This document shows positions 14,821 through 23,686 of a stretch of DNA of 64,000 nucleotides, in pieces; position 1 is the first letter of the stretch, and each line of letters begins with the position of its first letter. The stretch lies in IMG/VR virus record IMGVR_UViG_3300046007_007030. The stretch is one strand, 5' to 3'. The position numbers and the translations under genes are program-made. Source of the DNA: a virus. The notes below the pieces were generated by a model. It was not told the origin of the DNA. It saw only the letters and a program-made list of their open reading frames with translations, and made no database searches.

Positions 14821-15815
14821 TTCATCCTGTCATACTTGTTTGTCTTGAGAGACCACTCTCTCGGATACACCCACTCATAAGGGATTTGTTTTGTCTGTTG
14901 TTTTATACTCATTCGAATGGCGAGGTATTTGTAGTGCATACAGAGCTTGTCCTCGAGATTCAAGAGCTTCTGTCGAACTATCGGATTAGACTTGTGATTA
15001 GCCAAGTATACCATGTGATCGACAAATTGTACACCGTGTTTATTGAGGGCAATGTACTCTCCGTACTCGTTGATCTCGTACTTCACCTTGCTCATGAGAG
15101 GAGGGCAGTCGAACACTTGCTGTAGACCATCGAAGAAGCCAGTGCCTCCGTGCAAGAAGCTCTCTGGATCTACCCACTCGGGATGAGACATGGCTACGTG
15201 ACGAGCCGCGTTCTTGCAGGGATACATGGCGTTGCGGAATCCTTGCTCGGTGACGAAGTGCTCGTTGAGGATCTTGGCAAACTCCATCATAGTGTAAGGA
15301 CGGTTCTTAGCACCAAGAACGTGATGAAGAGCCTTAGCAGCCTTCTGAGGACCTGCTAGGAGCCACTCTTCTACTCTAGTGCCCTTGGGATAGTAGATCT
15401 GAAAGAGGTCAGACCTGCACGGGCGATTGCCCTCATTCAAATAGTCTCGCAGGCCCGCCTGTCCCGAGTAGATCCAAGACCCGAGAGTTAGCCAGTGCTC
15501 GTTAGTGAATGAGAATAAGATGCAAGCGTGAAGCACTGTCTCGGGATCGTCAAAAGTCTTGAGCAGATCCACGAACGGACACTCGTCCCAGTGCAGGCGA
15601 TGAGAGAACTGCTGGTAGTTCTCGGCGAGTAGAGAGTCTTCTCGCATGTCGTATGCTCGACAGAACTCGAAGAACTTCTCAGTCCTCTCTTCCTGCGTCC
15701 AGTCCTTCATCCAGCTGCGACTCGGCTTGCCATTAGGCAGCATGTCTACGTCGGCCAGATTCTCATACTTTATGTCATTAGAACGATCAAAAAATAATTC
15801 AGTCAATCCATTCAT
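14817..15815 (-). CDS. aGPT-Pplase/5-hmdU DNA kinase helical-domain-like protein (paralog 2)
   Basis: HGGTGFFDGL...NLEDKLCMHYKY resembles the family G.GA..G...E..LCE..KY motif; similar to 16199-17371. Confidence 0.55.
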   Translation of the reverse strand: MNGLTELFFDRSNDIKYENLADVDMLPNGKPSRSWMKDWTQEERTEKFFEFCRAYDMREDSLLAENYQQFSHRLHWDECPFVDLLKTFDDPETVLHACILFSFTNEHWLTLGSWIYSGQAGLRDYLNEGNRPCRSDLFQIYYPKGTRVEEWLLAGPQKAAKALHHVLGAKNRPYTMMEFAKILNEHFVTEQGFRNAMYPCKNAARHVAMSHPEWVDPESFLHGGTGFFDGLQQVFDCPPLMSKVKYEINEYGEYIALNKHGVQFVDHMVYLANHKSNPIVRQKLLNLEDKLCMHYKYLAIRMSIKQQTKQIPYEWVYPREWSLKTNKYDRMN

Positions 15816-15830
15816 AACAAACTTTCTAAG

Positions 15831-16172
15831 TTAGTTAGCTTTGTGCCAAGCTAGAGCGCCCTGTACTGCCTTCACTGGATCTTTGTGTTCGCTGTCATGT
15901 AAGAGAGCAGCACCGGTTTTAGTATCTTTTCCCTTAAACGTTCCAGGACCTTCACCTACCGAAGCACGATGATGTCCATCTTCTATTTCACTGACATGGA
16001 TCTGTCTACCGGATTCATGTTCGGCATGAACGGCAGGACGACCGTCAGTCTTAGTCCTCTTGACTTCCCACCCGCTCTTAAAGAGGTGATCCGCCGCGGC
16101 CTGTAAGCCTTCAGGAAAGCTAGAATTCTTGGTGGTCTCGGATAGGTACTTGACTACTTTCTGTATACTCAT
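15831..16172 (-). CDS. Small His/Lys-rich late protein, candidate internal head protein
   Basis: Own TATAAATA promoter and AGGAGG RBS; N-terminus MSIQKVVKYLSE. Confidence 0.65.
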   Translation of the reverse strand: MSIQKVVKYLSETTKNSSFPEGLQAAADHLFKSGWEVKRTKTDGRPAVHAEHESGRQIHVSEIEDGHHRASVGEGPGTFKGKDTKTGAALLHDSEHKDPVKAVQGALAWHKAN

Positions 16173-16195
16173 GAGTTCCTCCTATTGAGTATAGC

Positions 16196-16203
16196 TATTT
16201 ATA
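16196..16203 (-). promoter_or_regulatory. T4-type late promoter
   Basis: TATAAATA. Confidence 0.7.
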
Positions 16204-17371
16204 ATTGCGAGACCATCTGCTTGTACTGCTCCACGGTGACGCCTGCCTTCTTCAACACGGCGTCATCGGAAGGATGAGCAGTCATTCCGTTGAAGGTCTT
16301 GACGAGACCAAGGTCAAGCATGGCTTTTTGTCGACCAAACGGGTGATCTTTAATTCTACAGCTCGACCATACTCCGTCGAAGTCCAGATGGTCGTAGTGT
16401 GCACCCGGTCTGACGTAGTTTTCCACCCATCTGATGAAGTCGCAACAAACATCTTCCGCATTGTACGGAAGAGACTTCGTATCCGCATAGATCTTCTCCA
16501 TCACTGCGTCGAGGAACTGGTCCTGACTCATCTTCTTGGTAGGCACTGCTAGATATGAGATACACTCGCGAGCATTCGTCCCGTAGTAGAACATACTATC
16601 GAGATTGACGAACTTAGGATACCAGTCGGCGATGTCTGCTAAGACTGCGGCGTACTGGAACTGGTAGACTCGGAGGCCGTTCTTCTTATTCCAGTCGAAC
16701 ATCCACTCACCCATCTCGCGGAGGTCCTTCTTCGCATTACTCTTCGTGAGCCAATCGGCCATGTCGCGAGCCAGGCGAGGAGCGAACTCGGTCAAGAAGT
16801 AGTCACCGTTCCTCTTGTAAGAAGAACCCTCAGGAGGCTTAGGGAATGCCGGGAACTGGTAGCCTACCGAGGTATAGAACGGCGTAGGATAGGTGTTCAC
16901 CATCTTGGTCATGTCCTCGATGGTGTTGGCCTTGTGCAGATCGAACAAGATGGTGTTGTGATAACCAGAAGGCTGCGTGGCGTAGTTGATGGCAGACCCG
17001 CACACGCGATGCAGGATGAAGATGTAGAGCCACTCGGGGAGGTCGAAGTCCTTGTGCTTACCTGTCCACGCGTGCGCCACCATCTCGCGTTGACGAGTCA
17101 CCTTGCCAGCCTTCATCTTGGGCCAGTACGGGTGCTCGTCTGTCCATCCGTAGAAGCAGTCATTGACGATCTGAGAGAAGCCGGCCAGCTTACGCTCGAC
17201 GACATCATAGAGAGTCACGTTCTCCATGAGGTCGTCGTTCATCCCGGAGTCTTTGTGATCCATCATGCCGTACGGCTCTACAGTGGCCGTATTACACTTG
17301 ATCTGCTGGTCTGCCGCCAGATTGAAGTATCGTATGAACTCGTCGTAGTACTGCGTAGGTTCTATGCTCAC
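16199..17371 (-). CDS. aGPT-Pplase/5-hmdU DNA kinase helical-domain-like protein (paralog 1)
   Basis: YDVVERK, HRVCGS, FQYAAVLADI, YYGTNARECI, NAEDVCCDFIRW. Confidence 0.62.
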   Translation of the reverse strand: MSIEPTQYYDEFIRYFNLAADQQIKCNTATVEPYGMMDHKDSGMNDDLMENVTLYDVVERKLAGFSQIVNDCFYGWTDEHPYWPKMKAGKVTRQREMVAHAWTGKHKDFDLPEWLYIFILHRVCGSAINYATQPSGYHNTILFDLHKANTIEDMTKMVNTYPTPFYTSVGYQFPAFPKPPEGSSYKRNGDYFLTEFAPRLARDMADWLTKSNAKKDLREMGEWMFDWNKKNGLRVYQFQYAAVLADIADWYPKFVNLDSMFYYGTNARECISYLAVPTKKMSQDQFLDAVMEKIYADTKSLPYNAEDVCCDFIRWVENYVRPGAHYDHLDFDGVWSSCRIKDHPFGRQKAMLDLGLVKTFNGMTAHPSDDAVLKKAGVTVEQYKQMVSQL

Positions 17372-17814
17372 TTGCTTCCCTTCACGTATTCATGGATCAA
17401 GCGGATCTGCTCGATGCGGTTATCGAACTTATTTAGATGTCTGTTGAGACCAGAGGGATGCAATAATTTCAGGTGTGGTATGCGGAGTTCAGTCAGCACC
17501 TCTGACGCCAAGTTGCCGAGTGCGATGACTTTCTTGCCCTTCCACGGGCGAACTCGCTTGTACACAGCCTCGAAGTCTACTTGGCTAAGTCTGTCTCCAC
17601 CCTCTTCATCGATGACGTTGGTGAACGACCACGAGTAGACGCAGGCAGAAGTCAGCCATGCATTGATGACTGCGTACGTACCGCTGGCTGATGGATTATT
17701 AGTCTTAGCTGGCGACTGACCTACTACGATCACGTCTTTGCTAGGCTTATGATTGTGAATATAGTCTATGACGGTTTTCGATTGGATAGATTGCATGATA
17801 TACACCGCTTTCAT
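17368..17814 (-). CDS. Uracil-DNA glycosylase superfamily protein
   Basis: VIVVGQSP, FTNVI, VIALGNLA, LLHPSGLNR; start uncertain. Confidence 0.7.
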   Translation of the reverse strand: MKAVYIMQSIQSKTVIDYIHNHKPSKDVIVVGQSPAKTNNPSASGTYAVINAWLTSACVYSWSFTNVIDEEGGDRLSQVDFEAVYKRVRPWKGKKVIALGNLASEVLTELRIPHLKLLHPSGLNRHLNKFDNRIEQIRLIHEYVKGSK

Positions 17815-18232
17815 TAAACATCTCTTCGCTCAACTTCCAGCTCTCTCCCCATGGTCCGTCCATGAGTGTCTGGTCGAACTCCATAATCACGGTCTTGATA
17901 CCAGACTGAATGACGCCCTTAGCGCAGTCAGAGCAGACTGGAAGCCCAGAGACGTAGAGCATTCCACCATCAAGGCTGACGCCATGATGGCAGGCATTGT
18001 AGATGCAGTTCATCTCGGCATGAACGACATACTTGAGCTTGAGCTCGCGATTCTTGAGCCTGCGCTCGTCGTCTGCGATACCTCGAGGGAATCCATTGTA
18101 TCCCTGCGTCAGGATGCGCTTGTGCTTGTCCACGACGATGGCCCCGATCTTGGTAGAGTCTTTAGACCAAGACGCTACCTCTCTAGCCATCTTCAGAAAG
18201 CGATCGTCCCATACGTATGCTGGTGTTGTCAT
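17747..18232 (-). CDS. cd: dCMP deaminase
   Basis: GYNGFPRG, HAEMN, PVCSDC; start re-called at ATG 18232. Confidence 0.93.
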   Translation of the reverse strand: MTTPAYVWDDRFLKMAREVASWSKDSTKIGAIVVDKHKRILTQGYNGFPRGIADDERRLKNRELKLKYVVHAEMNCIYNACHHGVSLDGGMLYVSGLPVCSDCAKGVIQSGIKTVIMEFDQTLMDGPWGESWKLSEEMFNESGVYHAIYPIENRHRLYSQS

Positions 18233-18888
18233 TACTTCACTAGTCCGAAGTGACGTTCGTAGACATGTAGGGAGCCGACGTTCCAGATGATAGGGCCAAC
18301 CTCGCATCCAAGATCTGCGGCGAGCGACTGTTGTACATAGGACTGCCACGCGTAGTCGTTCTTATAACCATAAACGACATCGTTGGAGCGCATGTTGACG
18401 AGGGCGTAGAGTTCTCCGTTCCGAATGAGATACTGTACGGTATTAGTGCACATGAAGTCAGACATTCCATCTGCGTTGTACTCCGTTTGCATATCAGGGC
18501 GAGTATAGATCATGATGCCGCGCCTGGAGTTAGGGTTCTGTCTCAATTCACGATAACAGCTGTCGTACTGATAACCGTTATAACTGGACCAGACACACCA
18601 TCCGTAGTTGGAGTTGATAGTGCCATTTTTACTCGCGACTTGTTGCCAGATCTTGGGAGGTCCGCCGGGAATGTCGTTGACGTTGAGGGACATCGAGCGA
18701 TACCACTCGAGCTCACGCTTGACATAGTCCTCGTCGACAGTGCCGAAGATCGCGGGTTCATCTGCCACGAACTGAGCACCTATCATCTCGATCGTCTTTA
18801 CACCAGTCTTGTCAGGCACGAACTCTTCGTATGCCAGAGCAGTCATGAAGTACTTACGAATGTCTTTGACGGTGTTCATCTTTATCAT
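18232..18888 (-). CDS. gp42: dCMP hydroxymethyltransferase (T4 gp42-like)
   Basis: NSNYGW, DFMCTNTVQYLIR, MRSNDVVYGYKNDYAW (Asp at the dCMP-specificity position), WNVGSLHVYERHF; start re-called at 18888. Confidence 0.88.
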   Translation of the reverse strand: MIKMNTVKDIRKYFMTALAYEEFVPDKTGVKTIEMIGAQFVADEPAIFGTVDEDYVKRELEWYRSMSLNVNDIPGGPPKIWQQVASKNGTINSNYGWCVWSSYNGYQYDSCYRELRQNPNSRRGIMIYTRPDMQTEYNADGMSDFMCTNTVQYLIRNGELYALVNMRSNDVVYGYKNDYAWQSYVQQSLAADLGCEVGPIIWNVGSLHVYERHFGLVK

Positions 18889-19475
18889 CGCATCATCCCC
18901 GGACCAGAGTCGCCATTGGCACCATCGACGCCATACCACAAAGTATCATTAGATCCGACGGCGCCGTATTCTTTGAGGTCTGCAGTGACTCCAGGATGAC
19001 CGACGAACGGCTGGTTACGCTCGTCGCGTCCGGAGTCACCGGTCTCACCTATAAATCCACCTTTTCCAAGTGAATTCCAATCGTTCCACATTTCATTGAT
19101 GTTGTTGACGAGGATAGTGGTGCTGACGTTCTTGGTAGTATCTACCTTGCGATTGAGAAAGTCGCGATCAGCTTCCTGACCGTCGACTTTTCCACGAGAG
19201 TAGGCGACATAGAACGAGGCATAGTTGATCAGATCCTTGGCGGAATCTTCGAGAGATTCGAAGTTAGGCTTGTAGGAAGGATCGTGTTGCATAGCTTCCA
19301 TGACCGAACGCATCCTCAGCACTTTGGCATGGATGATCTCCAAGATAGTCAGGCAACCTGACGGGTAGTAGTCAGCCTGCTTGATGGTGGAGTTCGGGTT
19401 CTGATAGTCATTGGCCTTCTTGTTCTGAAGGTCGATGCACTCTCGTAGAACCTGCACTGAGTGGCGTTCGATCAT
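18885..19475 (-). CDS. DUF1599/Nmad1-like all-alpha nucleotide-modification-associated protein
   Basis: KKANDY...AKVLRM...ESLEDSAKDLINYA. Confidence 0.7.
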   Translation of the reverse strand: MIERHSVQVLRECIDLQNKKANDYQNPNSTIKQADYYPSGCLTILEIIHAKVLRMRSVMEAMQHDPSYKPNFESLEDSAKDLINYASFYVAYSRGKVDGQEADRDFLNRKVDTTKNVSTTILVNNINEMWNDWNSLGKGGFIGETGDSGRDERNQPFVGHPGVTADLKEYGAVGSNDTLWYGVDGANGDSGPGMMR

Positions 19476-19517
19476 GGCTATGCTCCTTTATTGGTTACTG
19501 TTTAGACAGTATACAAC

Positions 19518-19988
19518 TTATTGCTTATAATTGGAAACGGAAAGTTCGTAGAGACTATCGACAATCTTAGGATCATCGATGGTCTTGACCTTCTTCATCT
19601 TACCGAGGTCGTACATGCGAGTCTCAGTCTTTCGAGGTCCGAACTCCTTAAGAGTGGTGAAGCAGTCACCGACTGCCTCGTAGATGTTGACCGACTCATC
19701 CCTCGAGGTAGGATTCGTGATGAAGAACAGACGATCAGAGTTGTCTGCCTTGTACCACTGGCTCTTCTCGAGAGGCATGGCGTAGTACTTGCGAATGACG
19801 GTGCGAGTCTTCACTTCCACCTTGACGGGCTTCATCAGTCCGTTGATAGAAGCAGAGATGTCCTTGTGCATGTCATAGACATTCTCACTGAGAGTCACTC
19901 GGCTGTACTCGCCAGTCTCCTTAAGATACTGGAGGACGAGCTTCTCACCGATAGAGCCGGTCTTTGCGATGTTGTCGTTGCGATCCAT
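19518..19988 (-). CDS. PD-(D/E)xK nuclease-like protein
   Basis: GSIGEKLV...KDI...VEVKTR. Confidence 0.65.
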   Translation of the reverse strand: MDRNDNIAKTGSIGEKLVLQYLKETGEYSRVTLSENVYDMHKDISASINGLMKPVKVEVKTRTVIRKYYAMPLEKSQWYKADNSDRLFFITNPTSRDESVNIYEAVGDCFTTLKEFGPRKTETRMYDLGKMKKVKTIDDPKIVDSLYELSVSNYKQ

Positions 19989-20031
19989 GATTGTAGTCTC
20001 CTGATTTAAGATTTTTGTTTAAGAGTTACAC

Positions 20032-20526
20032 TTACTCGAAGATCTTCGAGAGAGTGCCGTGATTGCCGGTGTGATCCGGCCCGACCCAGCCCGGAGGCTT
20101 GATCAGATCTGGCAGACCCAGAGGGTTCGGCCTAGATTCCTTGATGCCAACTTCCTTATTGAGATTGGCCTTTAATACTTCGTCCCACGCCTGATTGGCG
20201 TCGACACCATAAGCATCGAGAGTACCGATGGCCACGACGCAGAGGTCGATGAGGGCATCCACTACGTCTTCAGCGGACGTGGCATTCTTCATCTCGTCCA
20301 GTTCTTCCTGCAAGAACTGGATGCGAAACTGAAGGAACTTCCTCATCTTATCCTTGTCCATGTTAGCCATGGCAGTGTGAGTGCCGAACTTCTCGTGCAT
20401 CTCGAAGATGTCGTGTGACCAGTTAGTGCTCATATCTTGTTCCTTCAATTTCAATTTTCTATACTCAGGACTCGTGAAGTACTCATATAGTACGTCATAT
20501 GTATCTATCCACTCTTCACGCGGCAT
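20032..20526 (-). CDS. MazG-like nucleotide pyrophosphohydrolase (candidate dCTPase/dUTPase)
   Basis: LQEELDE..DVVDALIDLCVVAIG..AWDEVLKANLNK..LIKPPGW. Confidence 0.82.
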   Translation of the reverse strand: MPREEWIDTYDVLYEYFTSPEYRKLKLKEQDMSTNWSHDIFEMHEKFGTHTAMANMDKDKMRKFLQFRIQFLQEELDEMKNATSAEDVVDALIDLCVVAIGTLDAYGVDANQAWDEVLKANLNKEVGIKESRPNPLGLPDLIKPPGWVGPDHTGNHGTLSKIFE

Positions 20527-21055
20527 TGATCCACTCCGGCGGCTCGCGATTCGTCCACTTATGCATGGACGCCTTCCCGATCTTATAGTAGTGACGATAA
20601 TTTGTCAACGGATCTTCGCTGATCCGATACTCGGGAGCCATTGCCGACGGCATGGGAGTCATGTCGAAGTCCTTGAGGTTGTGAGGAGGCGACTGGAGAA
20701 GCAGCAGCAAATCGAAGCACTTGTGGCGCTTGAAGTACCGATGAGTATACTCGTCCAGTAGGCCCGCGAAGTGCTCCACTAGCCACAAGTAGTTCTCTAC
20801 AGAAGTACGGCACCAGACAGCCGACGGATGGTTGACGTGGGTAGCCGTGTAGATCACGTGCTCGCGCTCGTCTGACAGGATCCAGCGCTTAGTCTTGCGA
20901 CCAGTCTTGGATAAAGCCGGCCTCTGCTCACCATCGAGTATGCGGTGCGCAGTAGACATGAGCTGCGCAGACTCGAGGATCATCTTGACGACGTGCTTAT
21001 CCACGAGTGACTGGGCCGCTACGACTGGATCCTTGTCGACGTAAAAGATATTCAT
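20516..21055 (-). CDS. denV: Pyrimidine-dimer DNA glycosylase (DenV-like)
   Basis: MNIFY..DP..AAQSLVDKHVVKMILESAQL, THVNHPSAVW, EYTHRYFKRH; start re-called at 21055. Confidence 0.85.
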   Translation of the reverse strand: MNIFYVDKDPVVAAQSLVDKHVVKMILESAQLMSTAHRILDGEQRPALSKTGRKTKRWILSDEREHVIYTATHVNHPSAVWCRTSVENYLWLVEHFAGLLDEYTHRYFKRHKCFDLLLLLQSPPHNLKDFDMTPMPSAMAPEYRISEDPLTNYRHYYKIGKASMHKWTNREPPEWINAA

Positions 21056-21057
21056 TG

Positions 21058-21276
21058 CTATTCCGCTACTTCTACCATGAATTTGTAGCCAGATTCTACA
21101 TCGATCTCGCGAGAAAGTAAAACGTTTTTTTGCGAGTCTATGAGTTTTACTTTGACTTTCTTGACCCCGTCCGGCACGATCCACTCACCCTTGCCTCGAG
21201 ACTTTGCGTTGGCGAGCGAGCTCATTAGCGGCAAGCTCAAGAGGAGCGAAGAAGCTATCATTCTGCGATTTAACAT
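21058..21276 (-). CDS. Small exported protein with signal peptide
   Basis: MLNRR plus hydrophobic stretch plus ANA; overlaps the def 3' end. Confidence 0.5.
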   Translation of the reverse strand: MLNRRMIASSLLLSLPLMSSLANAKSRGKGEWIVPDGVKKVKVKLIDSQKNVLLSREIDVESGYKFMVEVAE

Positions 21277-21775
21277 GTATCTTACCCTTTGCTGCTTTCT
21301 TGAAGATCTGCTCTCTCTTGAATCTAGGCAAGTGATTGAAGAACAGGATTCCGTTTAAGTGGTCCATCTCGTGTTGTACCACCCTGGCGCTCATGCCAGT
21401 GAACTTCTTGGTAGTCGTCTGGCCGTCTGGTCCAGTGAAACGAATCTTGATGTGACGAGCCCTAGCGATTGGAGCCACGACTCCTGGAAATGAGAGGCAA
21501 CCCTCGTCTAGAGTGATGGTCTCGTTAGAGACGTCTACTAGTTTCGGATTGAACATGACGTGATTAGGTTGACCGATCATGGCAAACACGGCGTAGGGCA
21601 ACCCTACTTGGCAGGCAGACAGACCCATGCCGTTGTTGTCTATCATGATCTTAACCATGGCCTCGGCGAGGTCCCACGGATCACACGGCGGGCTGTTGAA
21701 GTCGAACTTCTCTGCCGGCTTCATGAGAATAGGCTCTTTGCCGGTGATGAGTTTCAAATTACTCAGGTCAATCAT
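21185..21775 (-). CDS. def: Peptide deformylase
   Basis: GMGLSACQVG, EGCLS, QHEMDHLNG. Confidence 0.95.
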   Translation of the reverse strand: MIDLSNLKLITGKEPILMKPAEKFDFNSPPCDPWDLAEAMVKIMIDNNGMGLSACQVGLPYAVFAMIGQPNHVMFNPKLVDVSNETITLDEGCLSFPGVVAPIARARHIKIRFTGPDGQTTTKKFTGMSARVVQHEMDHLNGILFFNHLPRFKREQIFKKAAKGKIHVKSQNDSFFAPLELAANELARQRKVSRQG

Positions 21776-21998
21776 CTATGATCTCCAATGTAGCTTTCTT
21801 GACTCGATACCCTCTATCGAACCAGTATTGAACTCGCCTAGCTCTCTCGCCTGGATCGATTGCACCAGTGAATCGATTCCAGACATGAGTAGAGCTCGGG
21901 TGAAATGTAGAGTAAGCCGTGTCCAACCAGATCTTATCTCTGTTCTTCTCGTCCCACGGATTGACAGTAGGCACGATCACGTATCCTTCCATCTTCAT
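21768..21998 (-). CDS. Hypothetical protein
   Basis: Overlaps both neighbours (4 bp with gp46, 8 bp with def). Confidence 0.6.
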   Translation of the reverse strand: MKMEGYVIVPTVNPWDEKNRDKIWLDTAYSTFHPSSTHVWNRFTGAIDPGERARRVQYWFDRGYRVKKATLEIIDD

Positions 21999-23686
21999 GC
22001 TGCTATCCTCGAAAAATTCTTATGCTTCTCAAACTTAATGACTCGCTCAAACTTATCGAAGAGCTGATCACCTTTGTGCGAGATGATGAATGTGTTTGTA
22101 TCCTGAGTCAGGTTGGTCAGGATCTTCATGAACTCTTCAGTACCACCAGAGTCTAGTGATGAATCAAACACCTCGTCCATGATCAAGAGATTGGTGTTGA
22201 TGGAGTTACGCATCTTGGCCACGGCTCTCCAGGTGAAGAGGATGGCTAGGTTGATCCTCATCTTCTCGCCTTCTGAGAACGAGGCGTAGCTGAACTCGTC
22301 GCGGAACCTGGACTTGATCGTCTCCTCGAATTGCTCATTCAACTCGAACTGCACGAAGAAGTCCATGGCGCTGAGGTACTTATTGATCAGTTTATTGATG
22401 ATGGGCACGTACTGCTTTATGATCCTAGCTTTGATACCGCCGTCTTTAAGGATAGCAGCCGCAGCCGTGAGGACGTGTCTCTCGTCAACCTCAGCATTGT
22501 AGGAGTTAATCGCCTTGTCAAGCTCCTCCTCAGTCTCTGGGATCTTATCCTCAAATACCTGCGTCTCGACGACACGCTCAAGATCATGCACAATCTTGTC
22601 TTGAAGAGAACGCTCGTGGTTGAGAGTTGACCACCTGATATTGAGCTCTGAGATCTTCTCGGTGATCTCCATGATCTCTTGCATGCGAGCTTCAATCTTC
22701 GCCTTCTCTTCCTCGAGCTTAATGATACCATCGGCTAGTTCCTGTAATTGAGCTCGCTTATTGAAGATCGTCTGCTCTTTGAAATCGTGATCAATGCCTT
22801 GATTGCAGGTCGGACAAGTCTCGGTATCGTGAAAGAAATTGATGGTCTTATCAAAGCTCTTCATCTTCGACTCTATCTGAGCTTTGAGAGTAATAAGTTT
22901 TTCTCTTTTCTCTTTGATCTTAGTCTTGTCTTCAATCGACTGCCGTAAATTCTTAGCATATTCATTGATGCTCTCTATCTCTACGTCGATTGAATCGATT
23001 CGGATCTTACACTCGCCGATCTTCTCTTGCTTCTCTACGAATAAGCGATTGTTGTTCTCTTCGATCTGAGCGCGATGCTTCTTCATCATATCGATACGCT
23101 CTTCGAGGATCTTAGTCTGAGTGTCCAGTTCGGTCAGCTTAGCGGTATTGGTAGCCACCTTATCTCTGAGTAGAGTATTCATGGTAGTGAAGATCTGTAG
23201 GTCGAGGAGGTCCTCGATCACCTCTCGGCGCTGACCGGTCGGTAGCTGCATGAACGGAACGAACGAGGCAGACCCGAGGACTACCACTTGACAGAACGAC
23301 TTGTGATTGACCTTGAGGATCTGATCTTCTAAGACTTTCTGATAGTCTCGAGACTCGGCGTCCTGATTGAGAAGAGAGCCGTTCTTGTAGAGCTCGAAGA
23401 CGTTTGGCTTCATGCCGCGAACGACTTTGTACTCCGACTTTCCTACGATGAACTCCACCTCGACAGACAGGTCCTTGCGATTGATGGTATTCATCAATTG
23501 AGGCTTGTTCACCTTGCGAAACGGCTTGTTGAACAAGGCGAACGAGAGTGCGTCGAGGAGGGTAGACTTACCTGCCCCATTCTCTCCGACTATGAGTGTG
23601 GTCTTATTGGAACAGAGATCTATCTCAGTGAACACGTTACCCGTACTGAGAAAGTTCTTCCATCGTATTTTCCTGAAGACTATCAT
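21995..23686 (-). CDS. gp46: Recombination endonuclease ATPase subunit (Rad50/SbcC-like)
   Basis: GENGAGKS, CPTC zinc hook, FSEGE, IMDEVFD. Confidence 0.96.
   Translation of the reverse strand: MIVFRKIRWKNFLSTGNVFTEIDLCSNKTTLIVGENGAGKSTLLDALSFALFNKPFRKVNKPQLMNTINRKDLSVEVEFIVGKSEYKVVRGMKPNVFELYKNGSLLNQDAESRDYQKVLEDQILKVNHKSFCQVVVLGSASFVPFMQLPTGQRREVIEDLLDLQIFTTMNTLLRDKVATNTAKLTELDTQTKILEERIDMMKKHRAQIEENNNRLFVEKQEKIGECKIRIDSIDVEIESINEYAKNLRQSIEDKTKIKEKREKLITLKAQIESKMKSFDKTINFFHDTETCPTCNQGIDHDFKEQTIFNKRAQLQELADGIIKLEEEKAKIEARMQEIMEITEKISELNIRWSTLNHERSLQDKIVHDLERVVETQVFEDKIPETEEELDKAINSYNAEVDERHVLTAAAAILKDGGIKARIIKQYVPIINKLINKYLSAMDFFVQFELNEQFEETIKSRFRDEFSYASFSEGEKMRINLAILFTWRAVAKMRNSINTNLLIMDEVFDSSLDSGGTEEFMKILTNLTQDTNTFIISHKGDQLFDKFERVIKFEKHKNFSRIAA

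Noticed and set aside
18232-18888. Thymidylate synthase or dUMP hydroxymethylase assignment
   Set aside because: Sequence follows T4 gp42 motifs and has Asp rather than Asn at the pyrimidine-specificity position.
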